Below are positions 22,851 through 37,213 of a stretch of 64,000 bases of DNA, in pieces. Where the stretch lies: positions 670,239-734,238 of the forward strand of contig NW_002060943.1 of NCBI RefSeq assembly GCF_000150275.1, given 5' to 3'. The notes beneath the pieces are model-generated. The model saw only the letters and a list, made by a program, of their open reading frames with translations, searched no databases and had not been told where the DNA came from. Position numbers and translations under genes: made by a program. Numbering within the stretch: position 1 is the first letter of the stretch; each line of letters starts with the position of its first letter. The DNA is from Trichoplax adhaerens. Taxonomy: Eukaryota; Animalia; Placozoa.

Positions 22851-25800
22851 ATGTTGTTAACAAGAAAGACGATGATGAAACGTGCTCACTCTCGCAAAGA
22901 ATCCCATTACAATTTGGCAAACAGGAGAGTCATCAAATTAATAAGGTAATAACTAATTTGTAAGTCAATATTCCCTCAATGTATTTTACCGGCAACTGTT
23001 TTTCATCGATAGATTGATTTTAATCGTTTCGTTAAGACAATAACCTCCGTGATTGTCCATACTGTTAATGTTAGCTTACAAAATAAAATCCTTCATTTTC
23101 ATCATTGCTATCCATCCCTTTCCAAGTTTACAAATGACTGTTCCCTTCATGTTGGCTATTTGAACGACATCTCTAGTATTAGTACATACATGTTGCTACA
23201 ATGGTCGTAATAAAAGTACCATCTTATCCAGTGGTTACTTCTTACTAGATTAATTGGTTAACAACCAACTTTTGATCTAGGTATCATGATATCATCATTA
23301 CCTAGCGCTAGTTGTAGGCATCTCAAGTTATTTCCACTAACCGATACAGAAGATAGCAAAGAAGGAATACATCATTTTATCCCCAATCTAGGACAATTGT
23401 CGTCGTCCACTCGTCTATCGTAATTTGTACCATTTGTAGCACCATTTTTTGAACGTCTATGTTAGAAACATCAATATACACTATCCACTCGTCCAGGTGA
23501 TATAGAAAATAAAAGTACCCTTTCAAATGGGAGATTATTGTTATTTCAAATTGTAGGCTTACAAACCCATTCTACCCTTTATTGACTATTTAACTTCAAT
23601 ACAAGTCAAAGGGTATCCCCCCCCAAAAAACAGCAACAGTTCATGTTCTCTTTTGCAGTAGTTCCATTTCTATTTCAATTGGATGCCGTTACCATCATGA
23701 TCAATATTATTATTATGTGTATTTCTGTAGGGATGGAGCAGTAGAACCACCTCATGTTATTCTAGAAATAGAGCCGACATGTTTGCCTTATAGGATTCGT
23801 GACCTACTGTGCAATTGTTTCAAGACTGATTTTTCCCATCACGCGATCTATTTTCGTGGTAAAAGAGTAAGTTTGATGATTATTATATTCTGTATGGCTA
23901 GTTTGAGAAAGGATTGAATGATATCAAGTCTTGTTGATGCCATTAAAGGCACGATACATGTATTTTTTTGCAGTTCTAATTTCCTTCGCGTGCTCAATCT
24001 TGTATGCCATTGTCGATCCCTCGAACTTTCATTTCTTTCAGCAATCTATCACCATGTTTCCTTTTGTCGTCATTTTCCTATCATAATACCCTCCAGAGTA
24101 TTATAATCAAGTCAATTGCCATGATACATCAGGAAATCAACATTGGATATTATTCAGTATCTATTTACTAAACAGAAACTATAGTCTTCTAGGCAATTTC
24201 ATTATCCTTTTCTTACAATAATGTTTCGTAGGGAACGAGATCTACTGTATTTTCTCCAATTAATTGAAACAAAGAAAGAATGCAACTCTGATTTACGTAG
24301 CCAAATAGGTCGCAATGGCTTCTATTCAATGCCATAGGTAGTACAGCATAAGAGAATACCTAGGATATACAGTGTATAGGATGCTACATTCAATTCTTCT
24401 CCTTTTAATGATCAAGTCCATAGACTGCTTGTGGACTCGTTAGTAAAATCGCGTTCAATTATTTCTATCCCTGTCTATTATTTTTGCCACTATCGTGCAG
24501 TATCAATTGGCGGTCATAGCGGGAAGTTATTTGGGGGTCCATGACTGTAACCCAATACCTTTTTAATGCGATGATAAATACTTTCTTTCTGCTACTTTTC
24601 AGTATGATAGTTGGAGTAGATGACAAGAAATTGCTTTCTTTCGTAAACGCAATAAATAAACTACGAATTGGTTTTTAGGGTATTACTGTAAACTTTGACT
24701 ATCATCATCGATTGGAAATCAATTCTATCCTTGTGCGCTTATACTGTATAGAATGATTGCAGAATGTTCGGATATCAATTTGAGTCATACTGTAGAAAGA
24801 ATCGAGACTCCAATTCTATTCTGATGGATTACACTAGAATTAGCATGGATATAAACTGCACTTACTACGACATCTAACCATGATTAACTTACTTCATTCC
24901 GATAGGGGTTAAAGTAGAACCAAAAATTGACATTTACCTACTTTGATTTTGACTGCAGTCTACGCCTACTAGTTATTGTAGCCACCATCATGTTCATCTG
25001 TTGACAACAGTCTTATGAACTACATGTAGTCTAGTTCAACCGTTGGTTTAAGTAGAAATATTGTTTCCATTGATAGACATGTTGATCATAGGCAGAATGA
25101 GGCTGTAGAAATCCGACATCAGCCCTAGACCAATCCTATTCCAATGTAGTATTAATATCAAAGTCAAATTATTTCGGCCGGTAAAGATGATGACCGCTGC
25201 CTTCATGAGGCTCAACAGCATTGGTAAGCTGACTGGAAATAAGTGATTTTCGCTAATAGTCAGACTACCATCGCCATAGATTGAAATAGAATTGTAAACG
25301 CTTTAGACATAGGAAGAGGTCGATTGTAGTTGGATAGACTCAGTGCTGCTAATGATCAACCTTTCTACCCATCTGGATATCGACTACAGTCAGCAAAAAT
25401 CCATTTTGTTTTAATTTAGCGTATGTTAAAGTCTTAAGTGTTGCAAGACGTTGACATGCCGACTGTAGTCATAGTGATAAATGGTAACCCTACTAGTGTT
25501 GTACTTAAAATAGACATACTATATTGAAAGTGCAAATTGGAAAATGTGTTTGTTGTCTTTTCACTTTGGTGCGATCTTGGTAGGATACTAGACTCGGCTA
25601 ATATACTTTAAGAATAATACTTCCTTTTCAATGGAATCAAGTTCATGAATTTCATCATGCTTTTGTAATATTGTGGCGATAGCTACAGTATACTTTGTAT
25701 CTTGGGTATTAATATCGATGTTTAGCCATTGGGTAAATCAACCAGTCGTTCCATCCTGAATCGTATTTGTCAGAAGGAAATTGCTAGTTAATTACCACTA

Positions 25801-28800
25801 CAATAGGACACTAATTTATACCTAGCGATAAAAGCAATTTCTATCCGTTTATCACACACACTCGCACAGTAAATAGAATTCGGCCACTTTCAAGTCCACT
25901 TCTGTACATTTCTTCAGTACAGGAAATACTCAGTTACCTTGTCGCTGATCTTAACAGTATATAATATTAGTGGATGATGCATGATTCAATATTGAATAAT
26001 AGAACCATTTTATTTTAGCTAAACGAAGATCGACGTTTACGCGATCAAGGAATTGGCGATAACGAAGTTGTGAAACTAACTATCATTACGATTGAAGGTT
26101 AGGTCAAGATTTATATCTAGAAATTTTGTCTCCATTTTTTTTTTTCCATCTTTCTATTCATCTATGAAATTATTCTTAACATCATGATCAGCATCCATAA
26201 TCATTGTTGTACTGTATGTATAGAATCGTTTAAACGCATAAAAGTTATAATCTTGACCTTGAAATGATGTTATTCTGAACTTACTTACCCTAGCAAATTA
26301 ATTATTCTTATATTTTACACTTCCTCAGCTTGCAGTTACGTACTCGAAAAATGTACATTATCTACAGTATATATATATATATTATACGTATATCGATCAG
26401 CATGTACTCATGGTATGAGTATGTATAATTGATTTTCTTATAGAACCGAACGCAATCATCGAAATCATTGATGTAGATACTGCTATTAAAGGTAAGTCGA
26501 CAATTCTAAAACCCTTTTTTTTGTGAGGCTTAATTATTTTTCATTTATACTTAAATCTGTTCTTAATATCTCGTTCAAAGCATTGACGCTAATCATACTA
26601 AATTGTCTGGCTAGTTAAACATTTCGCATTTGCCATTAGATATATGTTTAGCGCTACATGCTTATATTAAGTTAGACAGAATTAAACGTAAATGATAATG
26701 AAAAATATGGACAATTGTTGATGGGCATTATTATTGTCTGACCAATCGAACTTTTTCTACTCTAGGGGTTAGCGTATATAATGTAATGTATAATGGTAAC
26801 TATAATGGCGGCTCAAATGGCGATCAAGGAACAAGTATCGGTACTTCTTCAGGCGATGAGTTGCCCAGGCACGCGATGAAAAAAACGAAATTTACTGCAA
26901 ATCACTATTCAGAAGCTGGTATTCTACTACTTTTCAAGATTGAATTTTACGATCTCATCACGCTTGAATAGTTTCTTACTATTATAATTACATTATTACC
27001 ATCTAGGAGATTCACCATCATCCGGTTCTTCGTCTTCGCTCTCGAGTACTAACTCGCAGAATGACTATATGACTCAATGGATGCTTTGCCAAAATTTTAA
27101 GAAAGAGCAAGAACGCCTTAGAATGCCTAATGGTCTGTATTATTAATATAAACATTGTCAATGATACTGATAAAGATACTTGTCATCAATACAGTATAGC
27201 TTAAAATCTGATTATAGAAGGGCTCTTGATATTAAATATCAACAATGACTACATATATTGAAATTTAGACCCACGAGATTGGAAAGTTTCGCATGCTGAC
27301 CACTGGTTAAATTGGGCTGCTCGGCAATTCGAAATAGAAGATTATGCGTTTATTGAGAGATTTCGTGGAATAGATGGGGAAGCGTTATGTGCTTTAGATC
27401 GTGACAGCTTTATACGCAGAATGAATTCTCAAATTGGAGAAATGTTTTGGACCCACTTTGAATTGTTAAAGAAATGTACGATGCAGTCTATAATATATAA
27501 CGGATTTAAGCTAGTATTTCAAAGCTAGTGAATTTGGTCATGCCATATTTCTTGACCAATTACTTATTTTGTCATAGCTTCTATTCGAATACCATCTCTA
27601 TCTGACAGAAAGAATTCACAAACTGATTACAAGCCAAATGGTGAGTATATTTGATTATTGAAATGGTTTGATAAATTTGTACATAGTGTAAATAATCAGA
27701 GTGGTAAATAGAATTACATTGACTTTATCGTTTAGGAGCTGTGTATATAGATTCACAGAACAATTACAAGCGAAATGGTAAATATTGATGATGGAATTCA
27801 TGCGTTTCACTGCCAATAAATCTTATAGTATAATCTATGATTATATTATTCGTGCATCGTGTAAATAATTGTAGTGATAAATATAATTACTTGGACTTTA
27901 TCGTTTAGGAGCTGTACATAACGATTCACAAAACAATTACAAGCAAAATGGTAAGTATTGATGATTGAAATGAATTGGTTTCGCTGTCAGCAAACCTTAC
28001 AGTAGAATCTATGAATAGATTCGCGCTTAGTGCAAATAATGATAGTGGCAAATATAATCACATCGACTTTATCATTTAGGAGCTGTGTATAACGATTCAC
28101 AAAGTAACCGCAAGCAAAACGGTAAGTGTTGATGATTGAATTGAATGGATTTGTCTGTCTACCTCTTTAAGGTATCATTGTGAATGAAATCGTGTACATT
28201 GTAAATGATTTGCGTGCGTAGTAACAAATATAGCCACATTTACTCTACGGTTTAGGAGCTGTATATGACGATTCGTCCGCAAGATTGTGCTCATTATCCA
28301 ATGGTAATAAATCAACAACTGAACATAGACTTCAACAACTCAACTCCCATTATCGTTAAGTTTCGTAGCTAAGTTATTTGCGTGTTTCTCTACTTATAAT
28401 TAATTTATCGATGCTCTGTTGTTATGATATTAATATGGCTATATTTTACTTTACTATTTAAGTAGCTAGCTCAACCGAAAAAAAAATTGCTTCCACAAAC
28501 GCGCGGTTACAGGAAAGACCATCACCTGGCAATAGAACAGGTCAGTATACGAAGCTGGTTTAATTATAATGCGGGATATCAAAAATTTAATGTAAATATA
28601 TTTATAAACCTATACAGTAAAGCAATACTAGTCTTTAACCCAGAAATCCTTGTGATGGACTGCATAATATGATGTATTTGCGCAAGAAAAAATTATGTAA
28701 TAAGATTAGTTGACTGATCAGAAGTAGTAACTTCGCAATCATACTGATAATATCAAATTTAAAATTTTATAGGTAATAATGGGCAAATTCAGTTATGGCA

Positions 28801-29260
28801 ATTCTTATTAGAATTGTTAACTGATAAAAATCATCGGCAAGCGATAAAATGGATTGGAACTGAGGGCGATTTTAAGTTGGTTGATCCTGAAAGGGTGGCC
28901 TATCTTTGGGGACAGAGGAAAAATAAACCTGCTATGAATTACGAAAAATTAAGTAGGGCACTTAGGTACTATTATGACGGTGATATGATTCATAAAGTAC
29001 ATGGGAAACGATTCGTATATAAATTTGTTTGTGATTTACGTTCACTGATTGGTTATTCGGCGGAAACTTTAAGTAAGTTGGTTGGGGAAGGTGACCAGGA
29101 AGATGGTAAAAGAGAACTTAGTGATGATACCAGTGAGAGTAGCTCTTCTGCAATTAGCATATCGTCTAATGGCGTCAATCCCAATTCTACAAATTGTTGC
29201 GCTAGTAACACAAATGAAATTGTAGCTCCTACTAAACCCTTGTCAGCAGAGCTTCTATAA
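22851..29260 (+). CDS. GABPA: GA-binding protein alpha (OST + PNT + ETS), ~550-565 aa; exons 22851-22945 (tentative start), 23731-23866, 26019-26097, 26444-26491, 26766-26918, 27007-27132, 27269-27475, 27578-27640, 27736-27777, 27909-27950, 28080-28121, 28256-28303/28354, 28466-28540, 28773-29260
   Basis: Phase-consistent GT-AG splicing gives an OST-like region ([14 protein letters not shown]|[22 protein letters not shown]), a PNT domain ([17 protein letters not shown]...GEALC...[13 protein letters not shown]), and the GABPA-diagnostic [25 protein letters not shown]...[24 protein letters not shown]. Confidence 0.93.
27590..28303 (+). repeat. Tandemly duplicated exon+intron unit (~172 bp) inside GABPA
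   Basis: tttaggagctgt acceptors precede exon starts at 27736, 27909, 28080 and 28256. The intron sequences are mutually similar (gtaa.tattgatgat.gaa...gactttatcgtttag). Confidence 0.92.
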
Positions 29261-30524
29261 CCTTTTTTTAATTTACTAGGGTTACCACATTACTGTAATA
29301 AAAAATGTAGCATTCTCTACAGATATAATGTAATATATATATACACTTATAAAGAAATCTATCATATGACAATTAAATTTATTTATATTCTCTGCTGCGG
29401 TTGAAAATTTGCCGAACGTTAGTTTGTGCTGGAGATTAAGTTAATTATATTCTATATGGTTGAAAATTTTTGCAAGACTTTCGTCCTGAAGATATTATTA
29501 TTAATAATAATATTAGCAGTAGTAAATTATAATGTATTGTTAATTAATCATTCGAAGTTTCCTTCACTCTTCAAGGGTTAGTCCTCGATTTAGCAATGTT
29601 GGCACGTTGATAATGCTTTCCTCCTTCACAAGAAGCGTACATAATTCTAAGTATATTCCGATAACATAATTATATAATTATTTAATTTTAATCCTTGTTA
29701 TATAATGTTTGTGCTAATCTATTATTAATTTATAAGTATAAATTGAAAAATCCATTTTATTCGTTGCGACGATAAAGTGGTAGACGCAGTAGGTAGAGGT
29801 AGATAGATAGTGTAATGTTGTATTAAATTTAAATGTATAATATTAATGCTATGATCATGGCGAAATAAAAGTATGTTCTTACATTAATCAAATGTTTCTG
29901 ACTGATATTTTTTTAATATATCATGATGTGTTCTTGCTAGTCTTTAATTACAAACAGGTAGGCAACACCACATTTTGATGCTAAAAAAGCTAGATTTCTT
30001 TAACACTTAAATTTGTAAACTAAATAAAGACGAATTCTACTGTACATTTAATATGATTTAGTAAAATGGAACATAATCTGATATACAGTAAGTGTATACC
30101 TCCGAAGGTAACAGCAACAGTATTAAATTACCCACAATTCTTAAACTTCATGCCATAAGAAAATAACTTACGAATTACAAATGCGTATGATCGTGATAAT
30201 TGTAGACGAATTTACTGTATTTACATACCAAGCAACTATAACTGGTATAAGTGCATCTACATACCATATATCGCGTATTAAAGAACGTAGAACTTATCAT
30301 GTGGTGGAAATATATATAAGAATATATTTTGCACATGTGTATTGTACAGTTACGGATCTAAGATTAGCTATACATACGGGTTTGAGAGTAAAATTGTGTA
30401 ATACTTAGAAGTGGCTCTTATGAGCGACAAATATTTTCAAAATTCTAAAAACTTATGAATTTTGGAGGTTATGGTATGATATGATATCTTCTCTCATTTC
30501 CTGCTCGGTTTGGTATATCATAAC

Positions 30525-33500
30525 CTACTTTTGTAGTAGATTCACTGTTACCCGCCACTCATCCAACCACTGCAATAGTGATCTTCCTTGATACTTCACC
30601 CAAGGAACGGTGTATTGCGCAGGCTGCTCCCACCTGAAACAGCAAAGTCTAGCTCAATTTTCGTTTACAATGCAAAAAATACATTACCTAAAATTATGAT
30701 ACCAGAAATATTGACCTAAAACTCGTGTATATATAACAATACACATACATTAATGTTCCACCTAGCCCATTCACACGACTAAAATTAAATTTACTTGCAC
30801 GTAAACAAGGCCAGAACGAGCTATATTACTATAATACACTATTCTTTGCAAACTGTATTTACCAGTCAGTAGCCATTTCTTTAACTGTTGCGCAATCAGA
30901 TATTGATTTTTTCGCTTGATTATTTCTGTTACGCAATAGCGGTATTAATCGTTTCATCAAGTTTTCATCATACTCTTTTATGGTATTTGATAGTGCTAGT
31001 AGAGTACAGAGGATTAAATAAAAATTTACTGTCTTAAAGATCCGGAAGCAGGTTACCCTAAATTAAAATGTCAATGCCATTCAAGCATGACATGCACCAA
31101 AATTAGTTAGAGTAAAAAGCGTTACATTGTGCCTCAAGTAGTAAGTTCGTTTCAACGCCTATCTGATCAGCAATTCGTCGCTGTAAATCCAAAGTATTAC
31201 TGATGCGGACACCTATTTCAAAGCAGAATTGATGAGAAATAGCGAAATGCTAATAAAAATGGCAGATCGATATAACCTTCTTTCTTGGAGCCGATGAGGA
31301 AAGGAAGCAAACATTCCGAAGACTATAAAAATTGCATTTTTAAACATTTGTTTTGCATGACATGACAGAAAGTGAAACAATCAATTCTCGTAACCACAGC
31401 TTACTAAATATTGTGGAAATTCCATAAGATGAAGCAACCTGGATAGAGCCACATTTTCGGAATAGTTTAATCGATATATGGATAAATCGTCAACCTTCAA
31501 TCGAATATTCCTGTCAGAATAAAGATAGATATTAAACAGTGCAATATCTATTTGATATACCTTGCTAGAAAACACAGAAAGATTAACTTACAATTCCTCA
31601 GCGAAGGTTGTCTGTAATCTGCTTAATTGGACCGCATTAAACTGATTTGTTTCTTTTATCACTTTATCAACAGACCTATTAACTGCTTTAATAATTTCCT
31701 CTTCATGAGGCAAAACACGACATTTTGAATAGTTTCCATTCTACAACAGTGCCACAAGATGGTAAGAAATCAGTTTACGGCTTACTGGTACCACTACGAT
31801 AATCTTCAATTTAACGACAATAAACTCTAACTTTGTGGATAAACAATTACTAAATTGTTAATCCTTAACAACAATAAATTAATAAGATAAAGCGATCTAA
31901 ACTTGCCTCTTTTTGTATTTTCTCTATTTTTACTTTTGCAGCAGAATTTTCTTTAACAAGTGCCTGAATCAATTCCTGCTTAGATTGCTATAGTACCGCC
32001 AGGAGCAGAGGCACAATTAGTTGAATACAAAACATTGATTTAACAATTAATTTTAAACACTAACCCTAACAATGTAACACATAAATCGTAAAGTTCTAAT
32101 ATACATACTGTTAGCTTATTAAATCGTTGTATATTGTGATACTTCGCAAGAAGACCTTTCCTCTTTGATTCTTGTTCTTGTATAAGCACATGCGAGTCTT
32201 CCAAGCTTGATTTGATCACATTTCGAATTTCCTGGGCAGCAATGATTTCCAGCTCGTGATCAAGAAGCGATCTGGTAAAAAGGTTAATACTTTCTTAATA
32301 ACCAGTGACTTTGCAAAAGTAACGAGATTATACTTAACGTTATTATCACCGCTGATGATATGGGCAATAAGTTTGCCTGAAGAATGCTTACTGTAAAATA
32401 TGAATAAAGTCGCACGTTTATGCAATAATCACCTTGCAACATCAAAGCAAGCAGAGTCGTGATAATAATGTTCTTCAATTAATTTGTATAACTGGCTCTT
32501 TAGAATATTCAGTTCGTTTTCCGCTTCGTGAGCTTTACAGAGTAATTCTTCAGTGGAAATAAAAGTGTTAATGTGCAGCTGTGCACATTCCTAAAATATG
32601 CATATTAATTGATCATATCAAATCACAAAGTTTGCAGCGCTGGTTATGAAGAATTAATATAGTTGCTTACTGCTATAAGCTTGCGAGCACTTTGGAGAAG
32701 GTTCGGTGGTGATGTTAAATCTTTTAATTGCGAGTTGTCGAATTTAAATCTATGGTTGTCAAGAGGCGTTTTAATATCAAAATTGTTGTTACTATTAACT
32801 CTTCAATTTTTCTGTCACCTACTATCCACTGAAACTAGTTTATTTAGCAAAATTTTTATTGAAGCTGCGATATCTGTTACAATTACACTTATTTAACTAT
32901 TCAATACTTTAATTCGTCTGCGTCCTTTTTCAAATCTATCTTTGCTGTCAAATTTTGCACAGCAGTACACGTATTCTCAATTAGTACAGATAGTGCGGTA
33001 TTAATTTCACTTGGAGAATATTTGCACATGATGTCCTACGCCAATTACCATGTTAATAATATCAGATTCAAAACGAAAATATTGGCAATATTGCGTAACG
33101 ATATTAATTTAGTAATAGAATAGCTTCATTACTTCCAATCTTGTCCAAATATGCTGTTGCTGCTTTTCGACTTCATTGCTAATGGAATAGAAAGTATCTT
33201 GTAGCTATTGTCATCCAGTAAAATGTGCCAAGCAACAATTTAATCTACTTTCTGTAACATACTTGAAGTAATTTTCATCCAATTTATCCTCATTGATGTA
33301 TAACAGCTCCAATAATTTCTGTACATCCTTACTTACTCGCCGAATATCTCGCTAGCATAAAATACCGTGCATTTATGGGGAATTAATTTAACATTATACT
33401 CTACAGGATCGTGTACTTCAAAATCGCTACATCTTTTAAATAATCTTGTATGAAAAATAATAATATTTATAATGGAGATGTTATAACCACTGATTAAGTT

Positions 33501-35488
33501 ATAAAATTATTTCGTTATTATGACGATTCTATAATACAAATTTTTCTAATACCCTATGATAATGCAAAATACTGTAGTAGTATCTAAAGTCACATTTACA
33601 AAGTAACGGCTAGTGGAAAACTGAGCTTAAAATGCTTCCAATATCGTCATTGACAAGTACCTCACAGATTGATTCCAAACGGAGTTGATCCTGTCCATAG
33701 CCGCTATCGGTCGTGTTTGAAGCATATTTTTCCCTTGATATTGAATTCTGGGCGAAATTTTTACTCTGTACAAATTTATCTATCGTCTGTCCAAAGTTTT
33801 TCAACTGTGATGAATAATCTTGACTTTGTTGATTGTATGTTGATATTAAAAATTGGCTTTTTTGGCATTCCAATAACTTATTTCGATCACTTTCAATATT
33901 CATTTCTATGATAATAGATAGAGTATAGTATTATTAAACATAAGTTTTATTTACTTATTGTTGTGCACTCAAAATAGATCAGCACATTCTGCAAGGGTGA
34001 TTGATTTTTATTTGTGCAATCGTAAGAGCAACAACGTTAGCTAATAATTGCAAATTCAATTTCTTTTAGGCTAGAAAAATATTGAAAAGGATGATGGGAG
34101 TCTACTTGGTTAGTAATACATATGAAATGCATAATTTGGATAGAATGTGAAATTTACCTAAATCTGTCACGCTTCTTTCCAATCTGTCAATTTCACTTTC
34201 CACTAAGCGATTATCTTCCTCTAGTTTTTTCAATTCTTCCATTAATTCTTCACGCTCATTACGTAATGCTTGCATCACATCGCTTCGATCGCTGTTGTTT
34301 TCATTAGATTGCTGCTGTTGTTGTCGATAGTGATGATCGTTAATGGCTAGATTTCCTTTGACAACCCTAACCGTGCTAGTTGATTAAGAAATGGTAGCAT
34401 TAACAGGTAAAGTAGTTACTTCTTAAGAAGATCTATTAGTCCTCTACAGAATTACTAAGGAAAATAGTGCTTTGCTCATTTGTAATCCTAACAACGAGGT
34501 ACTACGAAATGGATCGAGTACATTATTTATCATTATCCCAACAATGCCGCTACAGTGCTGATGTTCAAAAAGTTAGCTGCGTTGACCACAGCTAAAATGA
34601 ATGGTAACAAATGCAAAGCCTACTTCAATAGCCATTCAGCCAATGATTCAGTACTGTAGTATTCTAGATGTACATACTTGTCAAGTCGTTGATACTTACT
34701 CTAAGGAGGAAATATTATTTATTAAAAATTTCCATATTTCCACAGTTGAACCACGGCACAGTCTGTACAAAACAAGAAAAGCAATGTAGACCTGTATCAT
34801 TTCCAGAAACGATTTTGAGCTGTAGTAAAAGAGTAAAGAGATTCTACTACGAGTATGATTAACAAATTAATTGATTGATTCAAGAATAGAGATACTACCG
34901 TCTTTAAGAGTATTGTGAAATAATGGATTGGCTGGGTAACGATGATCGAATAATTCGCTGTGGAAATGGACAATTTACAGAACTGTGGTGTGGAGTAGAA
35001 CAAGGTCATGACGACGAGATGTAGAATTGCTATACTTGGCTGTTTAACTTATACTACTGTATAGTATCGCTGTAAATAGAACACTAAATTAGGTCTGAAG
35101 GATGCGACTACTCTAGTACTGACGGAAACAAATTTATTTATTGCATGCTCAAAATTATGCGATATTGTATTCCGGGTATTGATCCGGCGGTACTATGCTG
35201 TACAAGATATAGTCATTTCCTTTGGACAGAGAACACCTTTGGATTCGAAGACGAACTATTTGTAAGGTAAATTACTACATTGAAGCATAAAAATTGTTCA
35301 TTGTAAAGTGAGCATTTTGCTAATTGATTGATTGATGGCCGTTTTACTCTTTCCACTTGGCTCGCATACCTTAAGAAATCATCTTGTGTTGGTAGTTGAT
35401 CACCAGTATACATGGCATGCTGTTGAAATTTCATTTCTTCGACTGCCCATTTTTTTAACTGACGGGCTAGATCGTACTGAGAAGTCAT
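30525..35488 (-). CDS. HAUS5: HAUS augmin-like complex subunit 5, multi-exon; first exons 35488-35370, 34762-34700 and 34375-; last exon ends at 30525
   Basis: The spliced N-terminus LKKWAVEEMKF...DFLR|LCRGSTVEIWKFLINNISSLD|TVRVVKGNL, the internal QELIQALVKENSAAK and the C-terminal WWEQPAQYTVPWVKYQGRSLLQW match HAUS5-family motifs. Not every central exon was delimited. Confidence 0.87.
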
Positions 35489-35899
35489 CGTTGCTAGAAA
35501 TAGGCTTGAGGTGTGTCGTTTTACTAAGTAACAGCAAGAATTTAGGAGTTGGCATGATTGGAAGTAATACAGTCCATCGTTGATACGATGGCATCGAAAA
35601 TAGTAGAGGACTATTGCTTACATTACTTTTACAGGCAGGAGATTGGGGAAATGGAGAAAAATCAACACGGAACAAGAAACGAGACCAATCTTCAATCGCT
35701 CTCTCTCTCTCCTAGAGGTAAAAGAAGAAGACGACGAACTTTACCGAGCGTTGCCAAAAACGCCATGTCTATTGCATTGGTAGTGCAAAATTATCGAGTG
35801 TGCAACACTACCATGGCCAATAGTACTACTGTAAAAGAAAATGGAGTGCATGATAGAAGATGTACAAGCATTTCAAGGTGAAATTATTACTGTCAATGA

Positions 35900-36416
35900 A
35901 GCAACATGGCATCCACATCCATCGATCATTCCTGCATATTCTATGTCCATTGGACACTAATGTACAGCATGTGAAAAATCGACTCCATCAATCTCTCTCT
36001 ACCAGTCTACTTTATTACACGTCGAAATAGCAACATGGCATCCACATCCATCCATCATTCCTGCATATTCTATGTCCATTGGACACTAATGTACAAGCAT
36101 GTGAAAAATCGACTCCATCAATCTTTCTCTACCAGTCTACTTTATTACACGTCGAAATAGCAACATGGCATCCACATCCATCCATCATTCCTGCATATTC
36201 TATGTCCATTGGACACTAATGTACAAGCATGTGAAAAATCGACTCCATCAATCTCTCTCTACCAGTCTACTTTATTACACGTCGAAATAGCAACATGGCA
36301 TCCACATCAATCTATCATTCCTGCATATTCTATGTCCATTGGACACTAATATACAGCATGTGAAAATCGACTCCATCAATCTCTCTCTACCAGTCTACTC
36401 TATTACATGTGGAAAA
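35900..36416. repeat. Tandem repeat, 129-130-bp unit, 4 near-identical copies, upstream of HAUS5
   Basis: gcaacatggcatccacatc starts at 35901, 36030, 36160 and 36290. Confidence 0.96.
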
Positions 36417-37213
36417 TACCAATCTACTGTACTGTATTTTCGACACGTCGTGTAGTTCACTCCTATAATTGATGCTAATATAGTAAAATTGCTTCAAGTC
36501 AGGAAGCACCAGTGTAAGAAATGACTAGCATTGGATAATTGACAAGCAATATCGACGCCAAGTAAGCCTTGAAGGGTAAAAGTGTCTGCATCCAGCTGAA
36601 AAGAACGACTCCTATCAATACTGTACGTGGATAACCTGGATTCATTTGCATCAAGGCAATCTAGACTACACAAGCATCAAAGCATCACCGACAACAAACT
36701 CTGCCATACCTTAATTGTCCATTAGCAATGAAAAAACTGCCAAGAAATGCTTGCTAATGGCGTTAGAATGAATTGAATTCTCGTCGTCTTGGCAAGATGG
36801 CCAGCTGCAAATTAGCCAAGATGGCTTTGCTGCTTCTTCCCCCTCCTTTCTATTGGTGTTTCTATGCCCATACAACGACTGTATTAAACACACTATAGTA
36901 TTTGTCGCAGCTCGTCTTGGCGCCACCTTCCTATTTGAAATTTTGACCCCATCGACCAATAATAAACAATTGCGTATTGCACTCCAGTGCCTGATGCAGT
37001 AGTCGCCAGCTATACTGACCCCTACTCCCTTGTCGGCTTGCTTGGCCCACAATTCACCAGTCCTAACTGCGGTCCGTCCTGTGCTGACGGCCACCATCGG
37101 GTAGTGTGGCACACTGGTGCAACTGGGATCAAGTCATTTTGACTTGAAGACAGTCACCACACTTTTCTTCCCATTTCTCATACTAAACCTATCAAAATTG
37201 GAGCTCACGGGCG

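Noticed and set aside
34363-34372. aaccctaacc telomere-like motif
   Set aside because: It is part of a HAUS5 coding exon (TVRVV) and is a single unit.
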